Positions 38,192 through 47,719 of a DNA stretch of 64,000 nucleotides are shown here, one piece after another (position 1 is the first letter of the stretch; every line of letters begins with the position of its first letter). The notes beneath the pieces were generated by a model. It saw only the letters and a program-made list of their open reading frames with translations, was not told the origin of the DNA and ran no database searches. This stretch comes from a virus. Lineage: Duplodnaviria; Heunggongvirae; Uroviricota; Caudoviricetes. The stretch covers positions 192,001 to 256,000 of IMG/VR virus record IMGVR_UViG_3300028534_000514. One strand, given 5' to 3'. The translations under genes and the position numbers were made by a program.

Positions 38192-38866
38192 TTATTGATA
38201 GGTATTTTTATTAAAATTGTGGTTTGCTATTAAATTTGGACGTTTTGTCCCTTTATGAAATGAAAGAAAATCTGTCAGATCAATAGTATTAGTAATTGGA
38301 TCATAAGCGAAACTGCCGACCCAATTATCGGTATCCTCCCCAAATTCAGCATATGGGTATTCAAAACCATATGATTTGTATTTATCCCCTTCAGCTATTG
38401 ATCGAATAGGAGCCGAAGCTTTAAATTTTCTAAGTTTATAGGTAGGACATATTTTAACCTTTACTACTTCATTGTAATTATCTTGATCTTTTTTCCCAAA
38501 AAAAGATTTTTGTAATACAGCGTAATAATGTGAACTTGATAATGATAAACCAGATTCTTTAAGAATTGGACTACCATCCTCTCGATTACCTATTACCCTA
38601 TGAGTTTCTACAAAAAACTTTTTACTTGGATTTCCTGTATATTTTATCTCGAGGAGGGTACCGTCTCTATATTGAACATCCCATTCCGGTGCATAACCAG
38701 ACGATAAAGATAATATTTCAGAATTAAAAGCGTCCTTTAATAGATTACCAACCCTCTCTTCAAACCAAGTATGAAAAATAGTAGTTCTTGGGTCATCCCA
38801 ATTATTTAAAAGTTCGATTGGGGCTTTATTATCTATAAGCCAAGGGCAATCTGTTGAAGAGTTCAT
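38192..38866 (-). CDS. PD-(D/E)xK nuclease-like protein
   Basis: FEE...PEWDV...LLEIKY...FFVET. Confidence 0.6.
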   Translation of the reverse strand: MNSSTDCPWLIDNKAPIELLNNWDDPRTTIFHTWFEERVGNLLKDAFNSEILSLSSGYAPEWDVQYRDGTLLEIKYTGNPSKKFFVETHRVIGNREDGSPILKESGLSLSSSHYYAVLQKSFFGKKDQDNYNEVVKVKICPTYKLRKFKASAPIRSIAEGDKYKSYGFEYPYAEFGEDTDNWVGSFAYDPITNTIDLTDFLSFHKGTKRPNLIANHNFNKNTYQ

Positions 38867-39498
38867 ACTTCACATCTTACATGTGATTTTGGAGTTTCCC
38901 AATACTCAACAGCTTTAACTCGAACGTTTGGCAAATCCTCCATTTTTTTCTGAGCAATTTCCAGAAGCCACGCTGAAAGATTTTCGGAGGTCGGGACAAA
39001 ATCTACGAAAACCATTCCCTCATATTTTTCAAAGATTGCTTGTGCCTCTTTTTCATCAAAATTATAAGAAGAAATGTATTTATCGAGGGTTTCCCGGATA
39101 ATGGTTAAATCTGGAACCCAATATCCTTCTGGCATTTTCTGAACAAGCTCCATAGCAAATTCACCATCATCATCCAAAAGATAAGAACATTCTTCTTTAA
39201 GAAGTGGATCCTTTAAATCAAGAATCATTTTATGGTCAAGGACATCGTCCAAAAAGTTTTTAAACCATCCGAGGTGTTTAAAGTCTGTAACCATACCCAT
39301 TTTTTCAACATTTGAAATTTCTCTAGAATCTGAATTATAATCCTCTTCCAAAAATACCTTGACCAGTCCTTCATGTCCATGAAGATGTCTGCACGCTAGG
39401 CAGGCATCCCCGCTCTCTGTAAATCTGGTATCCAATCGTTGATTATGAACTCTATGGCCATAACAGAAGCTAAAGCTTTTATCGATGATATGCTTCAT
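38863..39498 (-). CDS. queD: 6-carboxy-5,6,7,8-tetrahydropterin synthase
   Basis: FCYGHR, CRHLHGH, MVTDF, LDHK, PTSENL, WETP; start MKHIIDK with SD aggag. Confidence 0.9.
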   Translation of the reverse strand: MKHIIDKSFSFCYGHRVHNQRLDTRFTESGDACLACRHLHGHEGLVKVFLEEDYNSDSREISNVEKMGMVTDFKHLGWFKNFLDDVLDHKMILDLKDPLLKEECSYLLDDDGEFAMELVQKMPEGYWVPDLTIIRETLDKYISSYNFDEKEAQAIFEKYEGMVFVDFVPTSENLSAWLLEIAQKKMEDLPNVRVKAVEYWETPKSHVRCEV

Positions 39499-39499
39499 T

Positions 39500-39988
39500 T
39501 TACTTCTCTCCTTCAAGATTTTGATCTTCTGGTTCATTCGTCGTATTATTAGATTCCTGCGATTCCTCTTCTGCAAACTCAATAACACTTTGAGTTACAG
39601 TTTGTAAGGCAGGATAAATTACAGAATCACAAAAACCTTCTGAATAAAGCTGTTTTGCTATATCAAAATGTATTTCTTCAACCCATGATGAAATCTCTGC
39701 GACGTCTGGTACAGGCATTAATTCGCCAAGATCTTTACTATTTTTGATATAGATATCAACAACTTCATTTTGAAGTCTACTTACTGAGGCATTTGCTGCA
39801 TCAATTAAAGCATAAGCTTCTTTAGAATAAAGAGAGCCAATAAAAATTTCATTAACCTGCCCTAGTATTGCTTCCAATAATGATATTTTCATAACAATAT
39901 CATTAAACTCTTTTTCGTCTTTACAAAATGATTGTATTTCTTCAAATTTAGATTTATTTTCTTCAAAATTTATTGCTGGTGTTTCCAT
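39500..39988 (-). CDS. Acidic hypothetical protein between dpdA and queD
   Basis: 162 aa, TAATG-coupled to dpdA. Confidence 0.75.
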   Translation of the reverse strand: METPAINFEENKSKFEEIQSFCKDEKEFNDIVMKISLLEAILGQVNEIFIGSLYSKEAYALIDAANASVSRLQNEVVDIYIKNSKDLGELMPVPDVAEISSWVEEIHFDIAKQLYSEGFCDSVIYPALQTVTQSVIEFAEEESQESNNTTNEPEDQNLEGEK

Positions 39989-41193
39989 TAGATTTCTCCT
40001 GTTTTTGATGGGGTGTCGCTATAATAATTTGCTATAATTTTTTTGGTATGTTCGTGAATACCTTGAAAATTATTACTGTCGTAGTATGGTTTAAGATCGC
40101 GAATCAATCTCATATTATTAGCCATTTCAGAAGCCAATCTTCCTATTTTAAATATAGGGTGAAATTCTTCAAAATCATCTTTAGACCATTTAATAATATT
40201 CTCAATCGGATGCTCATTGACTAAATGATCACCAAACTCCATAAGATTATTTATATTTTGGCAGATTAGTTCGACGAAAGTTTGGTTTGAAACTTTTCCT
40301 TTTAGAAGTTCACGTTTCATTTCTTCGATTTCATTATGAGCACGGGGATCTGAATGAGATTCGATCATACTAGTCATTTCTTCAAGATTAGTAACTATAT
40401 TAAAACCATTCTTTTTATGAATCATGGGTACTTTATATGTTATTGGACTAAATCTAATAATTTCACTAGAATCCATTGTTATTTTAACATTAAATAACTT
40501 TTCAAGAATAATCCCAGTAAGAATTGCTACTCTGGAGGACTGCCCCAACATATGTATCTGTTGAGGAGCATCATGCTTTCTATTTTTAAGATAAGTCATT
40601 AACCATATAGTCATTGGGACAAAATGATTAAAGTGGCTTCTTACCTCTGATTTTAATCCAACTAGCCCTCCAAAAGAATATAATTTAAAGCTTGATCCGA
40701 TATCATGTTTATCCATAAGAATTAACCAGTCCTCTAAAATATGAGGAAATCTGCTCTGAACTACAAATAATTGTTTATCTCTAATCTCAGGATATTTTTT
40801 GTGTAGTTTCATACTTTCGTCGATGCTATAGTCATTATACTTTATAAGCTTTTCTTTAGAAAATTTGGGAGTATTTATATCCAATGAGAAAATAGCATCA
40901 ATCTTATCTCTAAAATTTTCTAATATAAAATGATAAACGTCGGTGAACTCTTTTATTCTTCTTTCTGTAATATGACCGGTTATAATTTGATAACCACCAG
41001 AATCGAGATAAAGCTTCATATTTTCTAATCGAAGTTTTTCGATTTTTCGCATCTGTTTTACAATATCTTGCAGCGACCAATTACGACTTGTTGTTGGTTC
41101 TGCTATTGATATCAAATAATCATTAAAATAATGAGTTACTGGAACCAACGTCGATTCGGAAGGAGATACTCCTAAAACTGGTACATAATCCAT
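39988..41193 (-). CDS. dpdA: TGT-family transglycosylase, probable DNA 7-deazaguanine insertase (DpdA-like)
   Basis: LYLDSGGYQ, SLD, VVQ, FGGLVG, IHMLG, MDSS; co-occurs with folE, queD, queE and queC. Confidence 0.75.
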   Translation of the reverse strand: MDYVPVLGVSPSESTLVPVTHYFNDYLISIAEPTTSRNWSLQDIVKQMRKIEKLRLENMKLYLDSGGYQIITGHITERRIKEFTDVYHFILENFRDKIDAIFSLDINTPKFSKEKLIKYNDYSIDESMKLHKKYPEIRDKQLFVVQSRFPHILEDWLILMDKHDIGSSFKLYSFGGLVGLKSEVRSHFNHFVPMTIWLMTYLKNRKHDAPQQIHMLGQSSRVAILTGIILEKLFNVKITMDSSEIIRFSPITYKVPMIHKKNGFNIVTNLEEMTSMIESHSDPRAHNEIEEMKRELLKGKVSNQTFVELICQNINNLMEFGDHLVNEHPIENIIKWSKDDFEEFHPIFKIGRLASEMANNMRLIRDLKPYYDSNNFQGIHEHTKKIIANYYSDTPSKTGEI

Positions 41194-41240
41194 ATTCGCC
41201 CTTTGTTTTTATTAATTTAGGTTTTCTTTTAATATTTAGA

Positions 41241-42248
41241 TTATTGCTTGAGCGGAGCAATAAGAAATTCTTTTCCTGGGTCGAATCCAGTCGTTAGAGT
41301 TAATTCTTCCTCGGTATCTAAAAGTTCATACAATTTACGAATTAGTTTTCCAAAATCACTAATAATTTTCTTTTTATTATTTTCGAATATTTTTTCTGGT
41401 AGAGCTTCTGTATCTATTTCTATTCCTAAATTAGCAGAGGTCTTTTTTAAAGTTTCGAAGTAAGAATCTGCATTATATGTATTTAGTTTACCATTAAAAG
41501 TCTCTAAATCTTTTGAAAAGGTTAATAAGCTTATAGCAAAAGATTGTAGAACATGTCTTCTTTCTGAAACCTCACCTTCTTTTACAATATAGTCTGATAT
41601 AATATCTATATTTTTACCAATATTATATAAAGTCTTTAAAAAAAATTTATCTTTTGTAAATAAAATATTTAGATTTATACCATGTTTAGATATTTCCTCC
41701 AATGTATTCCGAGCTATGGTCGAGTCTATCCCGCGCACTACCTCATAAAATATAGTTTCAACCGGGTTTTTAGAACTCGCGGTTATTTTAAAGGATTTCC
41801 CAAATCGAATTATATCACGGTCAATCAAATAAGTTAATACCTCGGATTCAATCATTAAAAGAGACAAAGGCATTGAATTTAAGGTTAGTACCTTTTCCGG
41901 CATAAACCTTCCATTTTTTTCGAGAGATATTACTTCATCCAAAAATTTTTTTAAAAAATAAAGCTGAGCAATAGATATTGGATAATACCAGTAATCAATA
42001 TTTTTTTTTCTTAGATAGATTGTATACGAATTATTACCCCATGTTTTAGTTTTTAGAAATATTTGAAATACTGCTCTAAATAGTTGTCTTCTTTTATCTT
42101 TTGGCCAATTTGCCGTTTGTTTAATATTTAATGTAAGGGTAAAATCGTTTGCGGTATATAAGGAATGGCATATATGATTAACTCTTTCCTCTACCATTTC
42201 TTTAGTAATTTTTTCTTTAGCTCGTTTATTCAATTTAGTCATTGACAA
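41241..42248 (-). CDS. Hypothetical protein
   Basis: 335-aa ORF. Confidence 0.75.
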   Translation of the reverse strand: MSMTKLNKRAKEKITKEMVEERVNHICHSLYTANDFTLTLNIKQTANWPKDKRRQLFRAVFQIFLKTKTWGNNSYTIYLRKKNIDYWYYPISIAQLYFLKKFLDEVISLEKNGRFMPEKVLTLNSMPLSLLMIESEVLTYLIDRDIIRFGKSFKITASSKNPVETIFYEVVRGIDSTIARNTLEEISKHGINLNILFTKDKFFLKTLYNIGKNIDIISDYIVKEGEVSERRHVLQSFAISLLTFSKDLETFNGKLNTYNADSYFETLKKTSANLGIEIDTEALPEKIFENNKKKIISDFGKLIRKLYELLDTEEELTLTTGFDPGKEFLIAPLKQ

Positions 42249-42666
42249 ATCCTTTAATCATATCGATATTTTTTTCGTAATTTTTTATAAACCTTAAAAA
42301 AGGATAAAGGGCTTCTTCTACAGTCAGTACAGTATTATCTGATATATGCACCTGATAATTCATACATATTTTTTGAATAATATATTCAGTAGCAGTTAAA
42401 ATCTCTTGTAGTTCGTCTGCTGATGACGGTATTTCGATACTCATTATATCTGGTAAATTCTCATATTCAATAAAATATACTACATTTTTTCCAAAACCAT
42501 AGATTCCATCCTTTATCTCATCACCCACCATAATACTGGTTGCATATATTAGAGCACCGTTATATTTAAATGGAAGCAAATTCGAAAAAATCTCTTCTTT
42601 TGAAATACTGATTATAATTTTAGAGATATTATCTATATTATCAGTTTGGGTTATACTCATTTTCAT
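42235..42666 (-). CDS. Hypothetical protein
   Basis: 143-aa ORF with SD aagga. Confidence 0.7.
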   Translation of the reverse strand: MKMSITQTDNIDNISKIIISISKEEIFSNLLPFKYNGALIYATSIMVGDEIKDGIYGFGKNVVYFIEYENLPDIMSIEIPSSADELQEILTATEYIIQKICMNYQVHISDNTVLTVEEALYPFLRFIKNYEKNIDMIKGFVND

Positions 42667-42711
42667 CCTTTAAAATAAAAAATAATAGAAATAAAAATAA
42701 AAATAAAAAAC

Positions 42712-42747
42712 ATGATTATTTTAGAGCAATTGCTCTAAAATAATCAT
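42712..42747. repeat. 36-bp perfect palindrome centred on AGCAATTGCT; may also act as terminator of the vWA gene
   Basis: atgattattttagagcaa|ttgctctaaaataatcat, followed by a U run on the - strand. Confidence 0.8.
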
Positions 42748-42752
42748 TGGCG

Positions 42753-44282
42753 TTAATGTTGTAAAAGACCTTGTTCGAGAGAAATTTGCATACCAGGAAC
42801 CTTCACTGGAACCCCGCCTGAAGTCATTATCCAATAAGCAGGAATTCCTTTAAAAATTTCTTCTGAATAAGCATGTTCAATATCTGAATAATTATCACTA
42901 AAACTTAGATAGATTAATTTTCTTGTTTTACTTTCGTTTTTAATCTGATCTATAACCTCGAATACCTCTTTATGGGAAGTTCCTCCACAGGCAACTCTAT
43001 TGGTTACAAATTCCCGGATTCCCTTAAATTTTTTACCGGTAAATCTTTTACGTTCTGCAACCTTGGTATCATGCAGGATTATCTCAGTAAATACTGATTT
43101 CTTGGCGAGTTGGGAAACAACATAGTTAATCTTTTCAAGATCAGAATCGGACATTGAGCCAGATTGATCAATCGATACTATAACAGCCATTTCTTTTTCG
43201 TAATGAATTCTTCCAGGCATTGGTGCTATGTGTCTCATTTTATTTTTAAGTTTTGACCAAGTTTGATCATAGTGTTGTGTATACTTTTGGCTAAGTGTAA
43301 ATAACGAACTTTTAAGATATTTAAACCAGTCTATAGGAACACTACAATCAACACCAAGTTCTCGAAAAGTACTTTGACCATTTGCTCCTTTGGATTTCTC
43401 AATAAGATCCTGACGCGTGTTAGATAATACCTCATCAATCTCTTGAGTATTACCATCGCTCTCATCAATATTAGAACTATCGATTTGATGATTACCTTCT
43501 AGTTCAATTGAAGTCGAACGGTTACCATTGATTGTAATAGTTGTTGCCGTCCCCCAAACTTCACCATTCCCATCAAGTATTTCCTGCTTTTCAAATTTTG
43601 CTTCTTCCGCCAATTTTATAACAATTTCCTGTTGAGTCATGTTATTATTATTTGGGGAAAGATTTGGATCATATAATCCGGAAAAATCTCCTGAGGTTCT
43701 GAAGGATGATATCGGAGTAGATGATTTTGCATTTTCGAGCAAATACGCATTAATCCAATAATCAAATGCGTGATTAAGAAGCTCTGAGATTTGCTCTTCG
43801 TCGAATTCAGGACGAATATTTCTAACTATTTGATAGTAAACCTGATTTAGATAGAAGTCAAAGTGCTTCATTAAAATATGCATCGCCTCATGTAGATATA
43901 CAAATGCTACCATATTTTGAAAATGTTTTCCATTATTATGGACTAATTTTGCAAAGAAATCATCCCATGACATATTGATATCTTTTGTAAAAACAAGATG
44001 GACAATTAAACGATTCGGATTTCCATTTTCAGTATCTCTTACAATATAACCACCTATAGCAATTTGCTCAAGAGATAACTGGTGACCGTTTTTATCTTTA
44101 TGTTTAGAAAGATCTATTTCTTTAAATTTTGGATTAATAGGTAACGCCATAAGCAGATCAATTAGATGCATGTTATCGTACGTTTCTCCGATAATCCTAA
44201 CAGATTTCGAGACCAGCCTCGAAATTGCCCAGGAGTATTCCTCCTGGATTTTTTGGTGTTCTTTAAGGCTAATTTCAGCCAT
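42753..44282 (-). CDS. vWA-domain protein with N-terminal HExxH metallopeptidase-like domain (DUF2201-type)
   Basis: YLHEAMHIL, N.AFDYWIN, MIDAS DQSGSMS, GGTS, FSD. Confidence 0.85.
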   Translation of the reverse strand: MAEISLKEHQKIQEEYSWAISRLVSKSVRIIGETYDNMHLIDLLMALPINPKFKEIDLSKHKDKNGHQLSLEQIAIGGYIVRDTENGNPNRLIVHLVFTKDINMSWDDFFAKLVHNNGKHFQNMVAFVYLHEAMHILMKHFDFYLNQVYYQIVRNIRPEFDEEQISELLNHAFDYWINAYLLENAKSSTPISSFRTSGDFSGLYDPNLSPNNNNMTQQEIVIKLAEEAKFEKQEILDGNGEVWGTATTITINGNRSTSIELEGNHQIDSSNIDESDGNTQEIDEVLSNTRQDLIEKSKGANGQSTFRELGVDCSVPIDWFKYLKSSLFTLSQKYTQHYDQTWSKLKNKMRHIAPMPGRIHYEKEMAVIVSIDQSGSMSDSDLEKINYVVSQLAKKSVFTEIILHDTKVAERKRFTGKKFKGIREFVTNRVACGGTSHKEVFEVIDQIKNESKTRKLIYLSFSDNYSDIEHAYSEEIFKGIPAYWIMTSGGVPVKVPGMQISLEQGLLQH

Positions 44283-44294
44283 GTTCTGCTCCTT

Positions 44295-45491
44295 TTAGGA
44301 TTGAATATCGAGTAGACAATCCATTACAATATCTACCAGCTCGCTATCTATCGCATCTTCGGACGTCAAAATTTCGGAAAGATGTGTAAAACCTTCCAGT
44401 GTTTTTGGATCACTGATTGTTTCCAGATTACGATAGATAGTTACAAACTCATTTATAAGAACCGAAATAAAAGTTCTTCTTTGAGAATTATTCTCGAGAA
44501 TAACTTTAATGTAGTCTGCATCTTCTTTGGAACGAAGATATCTAATAATAAAAGCCGTTAAAATTTGATCAGAAATATCATCAGAAATTTTAAATTCTGG
44601 ATCTCGTTCTCTAAGAAGTGATTCAAAATCAAATTTCTGGAACAGTTTTACGTGATTCATAAATTCAACTGCTGCCGTGTGTCCAACGCGGGACTCTGCC
44701 ACCATACTTAATCTTTTATTGATCTCTGATGGTTCGTTAAAAGATTTTTCCAAAATTGGAATCATAGCACTCAGCTCAGTCCATGCACGAGGGGATGGTG
44801 ACGCTTCATCTGTAGCATTCGCACCGACAAAATAACGATCGTTTGGACCGCTCGCGAAAGATGCAACATATGGGTGAAGGGTATGACCAATATTCTCATA
44901 CCAGTACTCTTTGTCGAATTCGGCGAAATAGAATGCCATTCTATTGATAACAGCAGATAAAAATCCTTCGAGTCCAGCGGAATCTTTTCCGTTCATCGCT
45001 GCTACCAAATATGATTTTTCATGTAGCTTAAAGTTCTGAAGAGTTTTATTCTGGAAAAACTCGAATAGATACTTTTGTACAATCGGTTCAACAAGGTGAA
45101 CATCATCAAGAAGAACCATTAGTCCCTCTTTGCCATTTTCAAGAGCCTTTTCCGTTCTTGAGTTGATTGACCTTACTAGGTCAGACATCGTCCATTCTGT
45201 TACTCGAATTTCAGTTTTACCTTCAGAGTGCCACTCAGCTTTGATTTCCTCCGATCTGAAATCAGGCAAACCCGAGAACCATTCCATTGGAAGGGCTCCC
45301 AAAGAAATAATATATGAATCGAGATTCATCTTATCAGCCAATGCTTTCAAACTCGCTGATTTACCAATTCCCGGATCCCCAATAATCGTCGGTACTGTAG
45401 TTGTTGCACCTGAGGATGATGCCATAATCTCAAGCCCAATCAATTCCATTACGTTACCCATAGGATAACTTCTTCCATTAAGTTCTGCCAT
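44295..45491 (-). CDS. MoxR-like AAA+ ATPase
   Basis: Walker A GDPGIGKS, Walker B LLDD, AAMN sensor 1, NR finger, SPRAW sensor 2; paired with the vWA gene. Confidence 0.85.
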   Translation of the reverse strand: MAELNGRSYPMGNVMELIGLEIMASSSGATTTVPTIIGDPGIGKSASLKALADKMNLDSYIISLGALPMEWFSGLPDFRSEEIKAEWHSEGKTEIRVTEWTMSDLVRSINSRTEKALENGKEGLMVLLDDVHLVEPIVQKYLFEFFQNKTLQNFKLHEKSYLVAAMNGKDSAGLEGFLSAVINRMAFYFAEFDKEYWYENIGHTLHPYVASFASGPNDRYFVGANATDEASPSPRAWTELSAMIPILEKSFNEPSEINKRLSMVAESRVGHTAAVEFMNHVKLFQKFDFESLLRERDPEFKISDDISDQILTAFIIRYLRSKEDADYIKVILENNSQRRTFISVLINEFVTIYRNLETISDPKTLEGFTHLSEILTSEDAIDSELVDIVMDCLLDIQS

Positions 45492-45631
45492 GTTTGTCCT
45501 TTAAAAGTTTTTAATTTTTCCTTGCGCAAGGAAATAAAATTTTACCAGTGAGTTCATTTCCTCACCAGCTTTACCATCTCAGGTATTGCTATTCTTGACC
45601 AAAGACAATATGAGTGTCTCTTCTAATGTTA

Positions 45632-45642
45632 ATATATTTATA
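45632..45642 (-). promoter_or_regulatory. Putative phage promoter TATAAATATAT
   Basis: Repeated intergenic 11-mer, upstream of the MoxR leader. Confidence 0.55.
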
Positions 45643-45681
45643 GTATTTGAAGTAATTCTAAAATAGAAATTAATCTAAAAA

Positions 45682-46047
45682 TTAGGTAGATACTAACTCT
45701 TTATCAAAACTTTGAGAAATATTATCGCATTGTTGAGTTATATCTATCCCAATATCTGAAATATCCAAACAGTTTTTTTTAATCATGTCATCAGATATGG
45801 ACCAACCAGCCGTTGTGGTTGGTTCTAAATTATCATCAAATTGTATCGTATAATTTGCTACTATTTTACCATCATCGACCGCGTGAATATTCCTTTCAAT
45901 TATTTTTCCTTTTCTTCCGCAGAAATGTTCCATTGTTGAATTAAAGCCATACCTTATCCCAGAATATCCATATCCTGATTCGTCGCCGAACTCCTGTTTT
46001 AATTCATTTTTAGTTTTAAAAATAATATTCTGATTAACTCGTAACAT
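45682..46047 (-). CDS. Hypothetical protein (SH3/KOW-like beta pattern)
   Basis: FNSTMEHFCGRKGKI...Y.I...WSISDDMI. Confidence 0.7.
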   Translation of the reverse strand: MLRVNQNIIFKTKNELKQEFGDESGYGYSGIRYGFNSTMEHFCGRKGKIIERNIHAVDDGKIVANYTIQFDDNLEPTTTAGWSISDDMIKKNCLDISDIGIDITQQCDNISQSFDKELVST

Positions 46048-46070
46048 TTTTTAGCCTTTCATTTTTTAAT

Positions 46071-46104
46071 TTGCTATTTTCGAGCAATTGTTCGAAACTA
46101 GTCT
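46071..46104. promoter_or_regulatory. Double palindromic site, second unit degenerate
   Basis: ttgct-attttcg-agcaa-ttgtt-cgaaact-agtct; intergenic. Confidence 0.6.
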
Positions 46105-46105
46105 T

Positions 46106-46414
46106 TTATTTTTTTCTCGCTGCCGGTGGGGACCAATCCTCCGGAGGACATCTACTTAAATCCTTAAAATCAAGAAATAATTCATTATCTCTTTCTATGA
46201 TTTTGGTTTTAAGAATTTCAACCTTTTCTTCTTCTAAGTCTTTATAAAAACCACCAGCGGAATCGTAAAAAAATTCCTGATATTTATTGCATTCCACACA
46301 ATATCGATATTTGCTTTCGATTTTTTTTTCAATTCTTTGCCCAAGAAAACACTCTTGGGCAATCTGATAAATTGGAATCCAACTATGAAAAATATGTTTT
46401 CCGAATATTGTCAT
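46106..46414 (-). CDS. Hypothetical protein with an H.W...CxxC motif
   Basis: 102 aa, SD aagga. Confidence 0.7.
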   Translation of the reverse strand: MTIFGKHIFHSWIPIYQIAQECFLGQRIEKKIESKYRYCVECNKYQEFFYDSAGGFYKDLEEEKVEILKTKIIERDNELFLDFKDLSRCPPEDWSPPAARKK

Positions 46415-46432
46415 TATTAATCCTTTAATTTA

Positions 46433-46684
46433 TCAATCTATTCTTTTAATAGATTTCACAAAAACACCCAAATGTATTTTTGCGTATACAAGAATACCAA
46501 GAATAAGTCCAATTATTACACAAATCATTCCAAAAATATCTTCTTGTTTATACGCAAGTATTGCCCACATAATATCTGCTAAAGCATATATACTAACCGA
46601 CCATAATAAATTGCCTTTATATAAAGCAAATGCTCCCATAATTAATAAAATTCCACCTATAGTACCAGGTTCAAACCAACTCAT
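46433..46684 (-). CDS. Small membrane protein (3 TM)
   Basis: Hydrophobic segments; ATGA overlap with upstream gene. Confidence 0.7.
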   Translation of the reverse strand: MSWFEPGTIGGILLIMGAFALYKGNLLWSVSIYALADIMWAILAYKQEDIFGMICVIIGLILGILVYAKIHLGVFVKSIKRID

Positions 46685-47073
46685 CCAATTTCCTTTTGTA
46701 TATATTTTGTAAAGGTTGGTGTAAAATTTCCACGATCATAAAGCCACATAAATGAAGCAATTACCACTTCCGCTTCGGTTGGGGCCACTAATAATCCCCA
46801 GGAATTATCATCTTCTTCTTCATATGTTGAAGCATTATAGCATTCAGCATGCGCCACTCCTCCTCTAACCCATGACGAAATTACGCAATTATTTTCATCA
46901 GAAAAATTTTTTATTTTATCAGCCAATATTAATAAAGTTTTATTACAAGGCTGATTCAAAAGTTTAACATCTATATCTGTTATTTCTTTTAGAACATTGC
47001 ATGCTCGCTCTATAATTTTTTGACTCAATTTCGAATCTATTTCTATTCCTTCGTAATTATATAAATTTTCCAT
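46681..47073 (-). CDS. Hypothetical protein
   Basis: 130 aa, SD gaggt. Confidence 0.7.
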   Translation of the reverse strand: MENLYNYEGIEIDSKLSQKIIERACNVLKEITDIDVKLLNQPCNKTLLILADKIKNFSDENNCVISSWVRGGVAHAECYNASTYEEEDDNSWGLLVAPTEAEVVIASFMWLYDRGNFTPTFTKYIQKEIG

Positions 47074-47075
47074 AA

Positions 47076-47384
47076 TTATACCTCGTTAAATTTTTCAAGA
47101 ATTTTAATTCGATTTTCTAATTCTTCTAGTTTTTGAGTTAGTTCCTGATAAGTTGGACGCCTTATAATACTTTTTCTGAATTCAACATATTCTGGTTGCA
47201 ATCCTCTTTCCTTATATTCCTCTCGTAAATATGGAATTGGTTCTTCGCCAGAGGCAAAGAATTTTCTAATAATATTTTTTAGATGATCATCCTTTATATC
47301 CTTAAGTTTAATTTTTCTACCATCTGATGTGCGCCATATAAATTTTGATTTGGCTGAGAGTGACATAATCAAACCTCCTGCCAT
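47076..47384 (-). CDS. Hypothetical protein (likely start MSLSAK at 47366)
   Basis: WRTSDGRKIKLKDIKDDHLKNII motif seen in small phage proteins; SD ggaggt before ATG 47366. Confidence 0.7.
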   Translation of the reverse strand: MAGGLIMSLSAKSKFIWRTSDGRKIKLKDIKDDHLKNIIRKFFASGEEPIPYLREEYKERGLQPEYVEFRKSIIRRPTYQELTQKLEELENRIKILEKFNEV

Positions 47385-47659
47385 TGCTTTAATTTTTTAA
47401 TTTCTTCCTGAAGTTTTTTTATCTCCTCTTTCATTTCTATTATCTCTTTAAGTGTTATTTGTAAATTACCATCTTTAAAACATAATCCATTAATATCGAT
47501 TGGGTTAGCTTCTACAACATAAGATTGACTACTATCATCTATAGTGCTCGCCTCTACTATTCTTGGTTGCTCTGCCGTATCTATCAAAAAATCCGCAGCT
47601 TCCTGAAATATCGATTGCAACTCAGCTGCAACATCTTCATCGCTTCTTATTGGTGTCAT
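47369..47659 (-). CDS. Hypothetical protein
   Basis: 96 aa with a C-terminal coiled coil; SD aagga. Confidence 0.7.
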   Translation of the reverse strand: MTPIRSDEDVAAELQSIFQEAADFLIDTAEQPRIVEASTIDDSSQSYVVEANPIDINGLCFKDGNLQITLKEIIEMKEEIKKLQEEIKKLKQWQEV

Positions 47660-47693
47660 ATATTATCCTTTATGTTTTTAATTTAAGACAGGA

Positions 47694-47719
47694 AAAGATA
47701 AGCCAGAAGGCTTATCTTT
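47694..47719 (-). terminator. Intrinsic terminator after the TonB-dependent receptor gene
   Basis: 11-bp stem aaagataagcc / ggcttatcttt with a 4-nt loop. Confidence 0.75.

Noticed and set aside
39499-39588. Track extension of queD (and likewise queE at 54132-54230)
   Set aside because: The extensions overlap upstream genes; family homology and SD sequences begin at 39498 and 54131.
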